From positions 1 to 40,617 of IMG/VR virus record IMGVR_UViG_3300045988_087103: a stretch of DNA of 40,617 nucleotides. One strand, given 5' to 3'. Positions within the stretch are counted from its first letter, which is position 1. Each line of letters begins with the position of its first letter. This stretch comes from a virus. The position numbers were made by a program, and so were the translations under genes. The notes beneath the pieces are model-generated. The model saw only the letters and a list, made by a program, of their open reading frames with translations, made no database searches and was not told the DNA's origin. Shown here in pieces: positions 1 through 7,299 of the stretch.

Positions 1-55
1 GGGATTAATATTGTATCATCTTCTTCATTATTTCTATGTTCTTACAATAAGGTCA
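1..55. repeat. Terminal direct repeat copy 1, identical to 40563..40617; most likely the circular-assembly overlap of a complete genome
   Basis: Bases 1-55 (gggattaatattgtatcatc...caataaggtca) recur exactly as the last 55 bases of the window. Confidence 0.9.
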
Positions 56-106
56 ACCTTACCGTAATAACATAGAAAACCGCAAACCCCGCATAAACAA
101 AGGGAT

Positions 107-1591
107 TTACAGGTAGTAATAGTATATCTCCGCAGTGTCAGTTTCCTTGTTAAATACAATTTTTTCTATAATAGATTTCACGGCATCATTTTTTTGCGAA
201 ATAGAAAAATCGTCATTTGTTATAATATCATACACATTGCGGATGCGTTGTTGCAGCTTGGGCATGACCTCCTCTTTGGTAACAGGCTTCTTTTGCAGGA
301 ATGAGAGTTTACTTTCCAAAATCTTACGTTCCTGGGCGAGGATGGCTTTATTTTCTTTGTATTCTTCCATGGTGTCTATACCGTTCATATACGCTTCCTT
401 GATTCGCCTTTCCTTTATATCAATTTTGCCAATCTGTTCCTCCAAAATCTGTAGTTCGGGGCTGCTTTCTACAGGGTTCGTCTCTTTAATGGCAAAAGAG
501 AGTTCCCCTTGTGTAGCTGTCTTAATACCATCCAGCACATAAGGCTCTATCTTTTTCGCACTTACAGCAGTCTTGGCCGCGCATTTACCTTTGGAATATC
601 CATAGCAGACAAAATAAGGATAAGAATGTCCGGTTCGCGTCTTTGTTACACTAACAACCATGGTGCGTCCGCATGCAGGACACTTCATTACGCCGGAGAG
701 CCAGTGTTTGCAAGTGGAAGAGGGGCGGCGTCCTGAGGGAATGTATTCTTTTTCAAACCGTTTCTGGGCAGCCTGAAAAACTTCTTTTGAAATAATTGCC
801 GGATGTGTTCCCTCTGCAATAATCCACTCGGATTTATTTTTTATCTCTTTGGTGGTGTTATCCGTCATATTCCACCGTATCATACCACAGTAAGTTGGAT
901 TTTTAAGTATGTACTCAATGGAGCGGCGCTCAAAACTCTTTCCGTGGGAGGTTTTTGCTCCTAAAGCATTTACATTTCTGGCAATATCAAAAATCCCGGC
1001 GTGTTCATTCACATATTTATCGAAGATATATTTTACAATTTCTGCCTCTTCCGGAACGATAACAGGAGGGCAGCCCTTGTGTTCTATCCGGTATCCCAGG
1101 GGAGGTCTGGACTGGTAGCCGCCTTTCATGGCTTTTTCAGACATGCCACGGAACACCTCGCCGGAGAGGCGGATAGAGTAATACTCATCCATCCACTCGA
1201 TAATACGTTCGATTAGAGAACCGAAAGGTCCATCCACCAGAGGCTCCGACACGCTTATAACATCAACGCTGCATTTCTTCCGCAGCAGGGATTTATACAC
1301 AATGGATTCTTCCTGGTTACGGGCAAATCGGCTATACTTCCAAACCAGAATTACCTGGAAAGGAGAAGGATTAGATTTGGCAGCAGAAATCATTTCCTGG
1401 AACTGGGGGCGGCGGTCAGCTTTCCGGCCAGAAATCCCCTTTTCCTCATAGATGTGCTGCTCCAACACAATAATGCCATTCTCCTTTGCGTATTTTAAAA
1501 GCAATCTCTTCTGCGCATCCGGCGAGAGTTCTTCCTGTTTTCCGTGGGTGCTTACACGGATATAGAGGGCACCATAAATAATATCTTGCAT
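107..1591 (-). CDS. Large serine recombinase (phage integrase)
   Basis: 494 aa. N-terminal resolvase-type catalytic domain (ALYIRVST...). Central recombinase domain, Cys-rich zinc-ribbon region (CPACG...CYGYSKGKC) and C-terminal coiled coil. SD aagaggtg upstream. Confidence 0.9.
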   Translation of the reverse strand: MQDIIYGALYIRVSTHGKQEELSPDAQKRLLLKYAKENGIIVLEQHIYEEKGISGRKADRRPQFQEMISAAKSNPSPFQVILVWKYSRFARNQEESIVYKSLLRKKCSVDVISVSEPLVDGPFGSLIERIIEWMDEYYSIRLSGEVFRGMSEKAMKGGYQSRPPLGYRIEHKGCPPVIVPEEAEIVKYIFDKYVNEHAGIFDIARNVNALGAKTSHGKSFERRSIEYILKNPTYCGMIRWNMTDNTTKEIKNKSEWIIAEGTHPAIISKEVFQAAQKRFEKEYIPSGRRPSSTCKHWLSGVMKCPACGRTMVVSVTKTRTGHSYPYFVCYGYSKGKCAAKTAVSAKKIEPYVLDGIKTATQGELSFAIKETNPVESSPELQILEEQIGKIDIKERRIKEAYMNGIDTMEEYKENKAILAQERKILESKLSFLQKKPVTKEEVMPKLQQRIRNVYDIITNDDFSISQKNDAVKSIIEKIVFNKETDTAEIYYYYL

Positions 1592-1773
1592 TATATCACC
1601 TCTTGCTTGAATAATGTATGTAAAAATAGGTACAAAAATAACAGCCAGCGTTGAACAAATGTTCCGATTGCAGGCTGTGCCCGAAGATGATACAATATAT
1701 TTGCTAAATTATGGTATATCTTCGGATATATTCAAAGCCGTTCGGTACGCCAATACCGGGCGGTTTTTCTTCG

Positions 1774-3510
1774 TTAACATGATAACTCTCTTCTTACAAG
1801 TTCAATCAGTTTTTTTCTATCCCACAGTTTAACTCCGAGGATTTCAGCTTCTTCTTTTGCCTGTTGTGTAAAGTCGCGATTTGTTAGTACAACAGCAATA
1901 TCCTTTTTATAAAATTGTTTTCCTGCGTTAACCTGTTGAATAGCAGAGTTTCCTACATTTCCAGAATAACACTTGCATTGTATTGCGTATGTGATATCAT
2001 ATTTTTCTGCAAAAATGTCAACGCCGTGGTCTCCGCTGCCTTGCGTCACTTGTACGTTATTAAAAGCATTATCCTGCAGCAGTGCTGCGCAAAATTTCTC
2101 AAACTCAAGGCCACTCATATTGTCAAAAAAATCGTTTTTATCCATTCCATATACAGTCTTTTCTTCGTATTCGCTTTCCTCATTGTGAAATGGTTCTATT
2201 CCAGTATTTATAAAGTTAATTGCATCAGCCGTAAAGAAAGACAAATACTTTGCATATTCTTCTGGAAACTCATATCCTCCAGATAAATCTTTTGTGAACG
2301 CCCTTCTGATGAATGATATTTCTGTCATGCTCTTGTTACGAATTATTGTATTAAGATTTTCTGTCGGAAGATTTCCTGTGAAAAAACCAGTAAACTCATG
2401 CTCTGCTAAAATATTTAATGTTTTTATCACATTATCCCAATGATGTATAAATTCTTCCAAGTTTGAAGTGCTATTAACTATCATAGCGTCTGTTTTCACG
2501 ATAGAAAGCATTAAGCTTAGAGCATCTTTGTAAAAAGCTTTTTCTATTTCATCGAGTGAACCATAATTATTCTTGTAGTGATTTAGATTTCGTATATTGT
2601 TGCGTTGGGATTTTGGGTTTTTCGCAACATTCGAATACACAACATTTGTTTTTTTAGTGTCTACTCCCGGATTATCATAATGCAATTCAACATTGGTTAA
2701 TAAGTTTTCAAACTCATCCGAACTCATCAGTGACTTTTGAGGTTTGATACCTTCTGGAGGCATGAGCACTTTTGCGTCTGTTAATTGCTTTATAATTTTG
2801 CTTGCTCGATTAAAACCAATTTTGAAAGTTCTTTGTAGCATTCCGATAGAGGCTTTGCCCTTTTGTATAACTAAAAAACCAGCCACTTTAAAGTAACTAT
2901 CTACTATAATAGTATGATTCAGGCTTTTATCAGTCTTTTCTTGTGAAATTTCTGTATCTTCTTCAATCTTATTATTATCTTTATAAGATTTATCTGGCGG
3001 TACTTCTATTTTATTCTCTGATAAAAGAGGCACATCATTATCAGAATTCGGCTCTGGGCCATTTTGAGGTGTGCAACTTTCTGGTGGCATATCTAAATCA
3101 GATTTTCTCTCGCATTCAGTTTCAATTTCTCCGTCTGAAATTATTGGCGAATCAGAAGTATCTTTCGATAACTCTAATTCACTGTCCGTAAAAGAATTGT
3201 AATTTCTAAAACGACCAATATTATTGTGATGTACTTTATCTGGCTTCAAGGAATTATTGAAGAAACTTTTATTTTTGTAAAATTTAAAAATTTTCTTTAG
3301 TATGTACAAAATAAAATCCAGTGGAAGTACAAGCACAATAAAACATATCAATATCATAATTATTTTCTCGCCAACTGTAGTACCTCGTACCCCATTGGCT
3401 GTTTCCACAGTAGATTGCGTAAAAAAGATTATAACACATAGCAGTCCCATTAAGATTATAGACGGAGTTGGAAAGAGAAATTTTAATCTCTTTTGCCATT
3501 TTTTCGACAT
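1774..3510 (-). CDS. Membrane-anchored protein with FtsK-gamma-like winged helix and C-terminal Mrr_cat-type (D-QxK) restriction endonuclease domain
   Basis: 578 aa. Two N-terminal hydrophobic helices (SIILMGLLCVIIFF; IIMILICFIVLVLPLDFILYIL) and an acidic low-complexity linker. Segment GKASIGMLQRTFKIGFNRASKIIKQLTDAKVL resembles the FtsK gamma domain. C-terminus GLEFEKFCAALL...GSGDHGVDIFAE...YAIQCKCY...VVLTNRDFTQQAKEEA resembles Mrr_cat. Very AT-rich. Confidence 0.7.
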   Translation of the reverse strand: MSKKWQKRLKFLFPTPSIILMGLLCVIIFFTQSTVETANGVRGTTVGEKIIMILICFIVLVLPLDFILYILKKIFKFYKNKSFFNNSLKPDKVHHNNIGRFRNYNSFTDSELELSKDTSDSPIISDGEIETECERKSDLDMPPESCTPQNGPEPNSDNDVPLLSENKIEVPPDKSYKDNNKIEEDTEISQEKTDKSLNHTIIVDSYFKVAGFLVIQKGKASIGMLQRTFKIGFNRASKIIKQLTDAKVLMPPEGIKPQKSLMSSDEFENLLTNVELHYDNPGVDTKKTNVVYSNVAKNPKSQRNNIRNLNHYKNNYGSLDEIEKAFYKDALSLMLSIVKTDAMIVNSTSNLEEFIHHWDNVIKTLNILAEHEFTGFFTGNLPTENLNTIIRNKSMTEISFIRRAFTKDLSGGYEFPEEYAKYLSFFTADAINFINTGIEPFHNEESEYEEKTVYGMDKNDFFDNMSGLEFEKFCAALLQDNAFNNVQVTQGSGDHGVDIFAEKYDITYAIQCKCYSGNVGNSAIQQVNAGKQFYKKDIAVVLTNRDFTQQAKEEAEILGVKLWDRKKLIELVRRELSC

Positions 3511-3612
3511 TTTCTTTTGTAAAATTCTCCTTTCGCATTCATGCTATAAATCCTCCTGATGAATAAAATCTTCCACAAAACGGCAACAATATTAAAAAAA
3601 GGAGTTGTCATC

Positions 3613-3810
3613 ATGAGAATTTTATTACAGGAATACATGAATAATAAAAACTTAACAGTACGCCAAGTTTCCATGTTTACCGAAATACCAAAATCAACGA
3701 TTTCTGATATTTGCAACAGCAAGATAATGCCGCGTATGGATACAATGGAAGACCTGGCCAAAGGGTTAAAAGTCAAAATTACGGACCTTTTCGATTCCCC
3801 TTTTAAATAA
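3613..3810 (+). CDS. XRE-family helix-turn-helix regulator, divergent from the nuclease gene
   Basis: 65 aa from the ATG 8 nt after AGGAG. LTVRQVSMFTEIPKSTISDICNSK is a typical HTH_XRE segment. Only about 70 nt separate it from the leftward gene. Confidence 0.8.
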   Translation: MRILLQEYMNNKNLTVRQVSMFTEIPKSTISDICNSKIMPRMDTMEDLAKGLKVKITDLFDSPFK

Positions 3811-3904
3811 GTGTCCGAGTTTCCGGACAAATTAAAACTTTCGACAATTTTCGACCTCCCAAATTCGGATATTAAGTAAGTGGGGAAAGTTACCACCAAA
3901 ATAT

Positions 3905-3963
3905 GAACGTATGTTCTTGAAAATGTATACTGATTGTAGTATAGTATATACAAACATACGTTC
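3905..3963 (+). promoter_or_regulatory. Promoter (TTGAAA-17-TATAGT) bracketed by a perfect 11-bp inverted repeat (operator-like)
   Basis: GAACGTATGTT at 3905..3915 and its reverse complement AACATACGTTC at 3953..3963. TTGAAA 3917..3922, 17-nt spacer, TATAGT 3940..3945. Confidence 0.5.
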
Positions 3964-3994
3964 CCACTATATAACCATGAGGGAGGTACATACA

Positions 3995-4120
3995 ATGGAC
4001 TACGAAGAGTACAAAAGATTGATTATTGAACTACTTAACAAATTAGAAGAAAAGGATTCCTTGCTGGTTAAGCAAATTTATACAATCATCAATCAGTATC
4101 TAAGAAAAAGAGGGCGTTAG
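3995..4120 (+). CDS. Small hypothetical protein (41 aa), convergent with and overlapping the repressor gene end
   Basis: ATG preceded by GGGAGG with 8-nt spacing, downstream of the 3917..3945 promoter. Helical, charged sequence MDYEEYKRLIIELLNKLEEK... Confidence 0.45.
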   Translation: MDYEEYKRLIIELLNKLEEKDSLLVKQIYTIINQYLRKRGR

Positions 4121-4500
4121 CCTTCTTTTCTTAGATTGTCTCTTAATTTGTTGCTAAACTCCTTTAATACTTCCTGGCTTTTAGGGTCAAGCTGCGAGTA
4201 TGTACGCATAACTTCTACTATTAATTCAGAAAATGGATTGTCTGGCTGCAGAAGTTCGCTTACATATATGGCTACTTCATCTTCGTCTGGGACTTTCTTT
4301 AACATTTCACCATTTCCAGTTCTTAACCATTCTTCGTTTACATTATATTTGTTACATAAATCAGAAATCACCCTATCACTAGGACTGGCTTTTCCTATTT
4401 CATATGTAGCAATAGTGTTTCTTTTTAAACCGAGTTTGTCAGCTAATTCTTGTTGGGTTACACCCAATATCTTGCGCAACTCTTTCATGCGCTCATTCAT
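4117..4500 (-). CDS. CI-like XRE-family phage repressor
   Basis: 127 aa. N-terminal HTH (LRKILGVTQQELADKLGLKRNTIATYEIGKASPS) with a C-terminal extension. AGGAGG SD. Divergent from the rightward early operon. Confidence 0.85.
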   Translation of the reverse strand: MNERMKELRKILGVTQQELADKLGLKRNTIATYEIGKASPSDRVISDLCNKYNVNEEWLRTGNGEMLKKVPDEDEVAIYVSELLQPDNPFSELIVEVMRTYSQLDPKSQEVLKEFSNKLRDNLRKEG

Positions 4501-4524
4501 TTAAACACCTCCTGTCTGAGATAA

Positions 4525-4553
4525 ATTATAAACTACCACAAAATAAATGTCAA
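4525..4553 (-). promoter_or_regulatory. Leftward consensus promoter for the repressor gene
   Basis: On the minus strand: TTGACA (4553..4548), 17-nt spacer, TATAAT (4530..4525), then AGGAGG and ATG at 4500. Confidence 0.65.
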
Positions 4554-4561
4554 TTATAAAA

Positions 4562-4578
4562 TGTTGAAAAAATCAACA
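4562..4578. promoter_or_regulatory. Operator-like palindrome TGTTGA-N5-TCAACA between the divergent promoters
   Basis: TGTTGA 4562..4567 and TCAACA 4573..4578. A further TGTTGA half-site at 4594..4599 lies inside the rightward promoter spacer. Confidence 0.5.
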
Positions 4579-4586
4579 AAATGATA

Positions 4587-4615
4587 TTGACAATGTTGAT
4601 ATAACGACGTATAAT
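4587..4615 (+). promoter_or_regulatory. Rightward consensus early promoter
   Basis: TTGACA 4587..4592, 17-nt spacer, TATAAT 4610..4615. The -10 is flanked by ACGAC (4604..4608) and GTCGT (4617..4621), with a third ACGAC at 4625..4629. Confidence 0.65.
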
Positions 4616-4700
4616 AGTCGTACAACGACAGGTTGTGAAACAAAAGGAGGTGAATAGAGTGAGAAAAAAGGTGGTACAAAAAACAAAGGGAGGTGTAAAC

Positions 4701-4838
4701 ATGACAGAAGAACGAAGAAAAGAAATCAAAGAAATTGTTGTGAATTTGCAGCAGATGTCCCGGGAAAGCCTTATTCTCGTAAAAAATGCAGCAGATGTGT
4801 TAAAGATTAGGGATTCTATGGAAAAGAAAGCGGGGTGA
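4701..4838 (+). CDS. Small hypothetical early protein; start ambiguous (GTG 4659 also has an AGGAGG SD)
   Basis: ATG 4701 preceded by GGGAGGTG. First ORF of the rightward operon. Confidence 0.5.
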   Translation: MTEERRKEIKEIVVNLQQMSRESLILVKNAADVLKIRDSMEKKAG

Positions 4839-4855
4839 GAAAGGAGTAAAATAGT

Positions 4856-5116
4856 TTGACTATTAGAGAAGCAAACGAGCCGTTATCGAGTGGTATAAAA
4901 ATTATAATTGCTAAGAAAGGGCTGAAACAGATTTACATAGCTGAAAAGGCAGGATTCACGTCACAGGAATTAAGCGATATGTTGAACGGGCGGAAAATAA
5001 TTAAGCCTTGTGATGCACTTGCGATAGCAGATGCACTTGAAGTTACAATGAATGAGTTATATGCAATGGAAAAAGAAAGCGACCTCTATGAAGCGGGAAA
5101 GAAAGGAGATATTTAG
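4856..5116 (+). CDS. XRE-family HTH protein (Cro/early regulator-like)
   Basis: 86 aa, TTG start 9 nt after AGGAG. LKQIYIAEKAGFTSQELSDMLNGRK is HTH-like. Confidence 0.7.
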   Translation: MTIREANEPLSSGIKIIIAKKGLKQIYIAEKAGFTSQELSDMLNGRKIIKPCDALAIADALEVTMNELYAMEKESDLYEAGKKGDI

Positions 5117-5119
5117 AAC

Positions 5120-5389
5120 ATGGAACCCAAATTTGTAATTATGAGCGTAGGAGGACACACAAACGTATTTTTCGAGGGAAAATCTATTGCAGAAGGGATT
5201 CTTGACATTCATTATCATGCGACAGATGAAAATGGAAAATTAAGAGCTACCATTGACATGAAAATTGACGCGAAAAGTTTTTCATTTGACAAAGGGCAGA
5301 CGATGGAAGAATTTTTACAGGATGTTGACAGAACCAATAAAGCGATTGCAGAGGGCAATCGAAAAAAGAATGCCCTCTCACAAATTTAA
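5120..5389 (+). CDS. Hypothetical protein
   Basis: 89 aa, SD gaaaggag, tightly packed after the previous gene. Confidence 0.6.
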   Translation: MEPKFVIMSVGGHTNVFFEGKSIAEGILDIHYHATDENGKLRATIDMKIDAKSFSFDKGQTMEEFLQDVDRTNKAIAEGNRKKNALSQI

Positions 5390-5601
5390 TCGAGAGAATC
5401 GAGGTTTAAAACTATGCTTCCAATGACATCCTTTTTTTCGTTTTTCCAAGATATATAGTCATTTTCTATAAGCTCTTCAATGACACTTGGATAATCCGGG
5501 ATGTCCATATATGTATTGGCGTTAAAAATAGCATTGCCAGTCTCCCGATAATTTTGATTAAGACGCTCCATTAACTTTGTTGCATTAGTGCTTAACCCCA
5601 T
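5386..5601 (-). CDS. Hypothetical protein (minus strand, convergent with 5120..5389)
   Basis: 71 aa, protein-like composition, GGTGA 5 nt upstream of the ATG. Confidence 0.45.
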   Translation of the reverse strand: MGLSTNATKLMERLNQNYRETGNAIFNANTYMDIPDYPSVIEELIENDYISWKNEKKDVIGSIVLNLDSLD

Positions 5602-5719
5602 AAAATCACCGCCTTATAAATTAATACAGGCTTATTCTAAGCGTAAAAATGTACTAAGTCAATATGAAAATATTAAAAAAACAATATTTATTGGGAGAGA
5701 AAAGAGTGAGGTGAGAGAA

Positions 5720-5911
5720 ATGGTAGTAGAGAGAAAAGTATTAAAATCCCTTGAAATTAATCTTGAAAAAGGAATCTTTAAACTTAATGGGGAAGATATG
5801 GAAGGAATCTACCGACTTGCGGTTGATTTTGACAATGGAAGATGGTCGCTTCTTGTTGCAAAAGAAGAGATTTACACACAAGAAGCGCCCATTCAAAGAG
5901 TTACGGAATAA
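5720..5911 (+). CDS. Hypothetical protein
   Basis: 63 aa from the internal ATG preceded by gagtgaggtgagagaa. The ORF-track start at 5588 would overlap the minus-strand gene. Confidence 0.55.
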   Translation: MVVERKVLKSLEINLEKGIFKLNGEDMEGIYRLAVDFDNGRWSLLVAKEEIYTQEAPIQRVTE

Positions 5912-6038
5912 ATTTACTAATAAAATCCGTTACTTCTTTCAAACCGTTTTTAAAACGATTTTCCATGTAAATAATTGCCGGGATACCTGCAACATGGACA
6001 ATCCGCAAAGCATACATATAGGATAAGGAGGTGTAATT

Positions 6039-6182
6039 ATGGCATACCGTAATGTAGTGGTTATAAACGGAGAAAAGGTCGACATCGGCACTCTCCCGAA
6101 AGAAGAAAGAGAACGACTTGCAAGAGAATGGAACAGAGCAGCAGCAGAAAAAATAAACTACGTGGAAGAGAAAACCGCTTAA
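6039..6182 (+). CDS. Small hypothetical protein (47 aa; too short for the ORF track)
   Basis: AAGGAGG then 8 nt then ATG. Translates to MAYRNVVVINGEKVDIGTLPKEERERLAREWNRAAAEKINYVEEKTA, stop TAA 6180..6182. Confidence 0.5.
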   Translation: MAYRNVVVINGEKVDIGTLPKEERERLAREWNRAAAEKINYVEEKTA

Positions 6183-6227
6183 GGCGGAGAGAAAAGCATG
6201 TATAGAAATATTCAAGATGGAAGAAAA

Positions 6228-6263
6228 CAGAGCCTTTGCGCATCAGCATCGGCAAAGGCTCTG
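6228..6263 (+). terminator. 12-bp perfect stem-loop ending the AT-rich early-left block; no clear U-tract on +
   Basis: CAGAGCCTTTGC 6228..6239 pairs with GCAAAGGCTCTG 6252..6263, 12-nt loop. The T-rich run lies on the minus-strand side. Confidence 0.35.
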
Positions 6264-6474
6264 AATGGTAGGTCACTAAAAAAATACACCTTGATTATAC
6301 CATACAGATTCCAAATTGCAAGAGCCTTATTTTTTTACACCATTTAGGGGAAATTATGTAAACCAAATAAAGCCTAAAAATGCAGAAAGATAGGACAGGC
6401 TATAGGGCGCGCGAAACGGCAGAAATAAGCCGTTTTACCACTCGATAAAGATATTAAAGTTAGGATAAAAACGT

Positions 6475-7299
6475 ATGGCGACAAAAAGGAATAAGTACAT
6501 TTTAAAACATGGAGATGTTATCGACATAGAAGAGTATCATGACGGGAATTATGGGGCAAAAGGAAAGAAGAGAACTCCAAAGAAAAAGCTGACCAAAGAG
6601 GACATGCAGAAAGTAAATGCCCAGAATAAGACAAAGAAATGCCGCCAAAGGCTTCTACAGTATTTTTCTATGGGAGACTGCTTTGCCACATGGACCTACG
6701 AACCAAAAAACAGACCTCCCAATATGCAGGAGGCGCTGAAAGATTTCCAAAAGGCCGTGGAGAAGGTCCGGCGGCAGTACGGAAAAAGAGGAAAGCAGCT
6801 TTTCTGGATACGGAATATCGAAAGAGGAACAAAAGGCGCCTGGCATATCCATCTGGTGGTAAACGAAATAGGGGACACGGCCAGCATTTTACAAAAAGCC
6901 TGGAACAAAGGCGGCACCTGGTTTACCGAAATCCGCAAAAGCAAGTTTTACGATGAGGATTTTACCAAGCTTGCCAGCTACATGACAAAGGACGAGCGCA
7001 CTGTAGAAATAAAAGCAGACGGTACACCGGCGAAACCCCGGGTAAGAGAAGCCAGCTATAACATTTCCCGGAATATGCCCCTGCCGGAACCGGCTACAGA
7101 AAAACTGGTGCGCTGGCCGAAAGAGTCAAAGCCAAAGAAAGGATACTACATAGCAAAGATGCATGAGGGCATTAATCCGGTAACCGGGTTTAAGTACAGA
7201 CGTTACACCTTAATCCGCCTGGGACAAGACCTGGAAGAGAACAAGAACCGGACACAGAAATTCCGGAAGAAAAGGAGGCGAAAGCGTGAAAGAATTTGA
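6475..7299 (+). CDS. HUH-type rolling-circle replication initiator (Rep)
   Basis: 274 aa. HUH-like motif AWHIHLVVN and downstream Tyr motif LASYMTKDE. Basic N- and C-termini. Confidence 0.7.
   Translation: MATKRNKYILKHGDVIDIEEYHDGNYGAKGKKRTPKKKLTKEDMQKVNAQNKTKKCRQRLLQYFSMGDCFATWTYEPKNRPPNMQEALKDFQKAVEKVRRQYGKRGKQLFWIRNIERGTKGAWHIHLVVNEIGDTASILQKAWNKGGTWFTEIRKSKFYDEDFTKLASYMTKDERTVEIKADGTPAKPRVREASYNISRNMPLPEPATEKLVRWPKESKPKKGYYIAKMHEGINPVTGFKYRRYTLIRLGQDLEENKNRTQKFRKKRRRKRERI

Noticed and set aside
3812-3829. Hairpin TGTCCG-AGTTTC-CGGACA after the HTH gene as a terminator
   Set aside because: It has only a 6-bp stem and no following U-tract, which is too weak to annotate as a terminator.
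3483-3995. 170-aa minus-strand ORF across the HTH gene and two promoter regions
   Set aside because: It is antisense to a good HTH gene and runs through intergenic regulatory DNA. Only its last 19 codons, which have a strong SD, were kept as a possible uORF.
5901-6276. Minus-strand ORFs 5901..6215 and 6061..6276
   Set aside because: They are antisense to the SD-preceded 47-aa + ORF and to the hairpin region, with Phe/Leu/Cys-rich improbable sequences and no SD.
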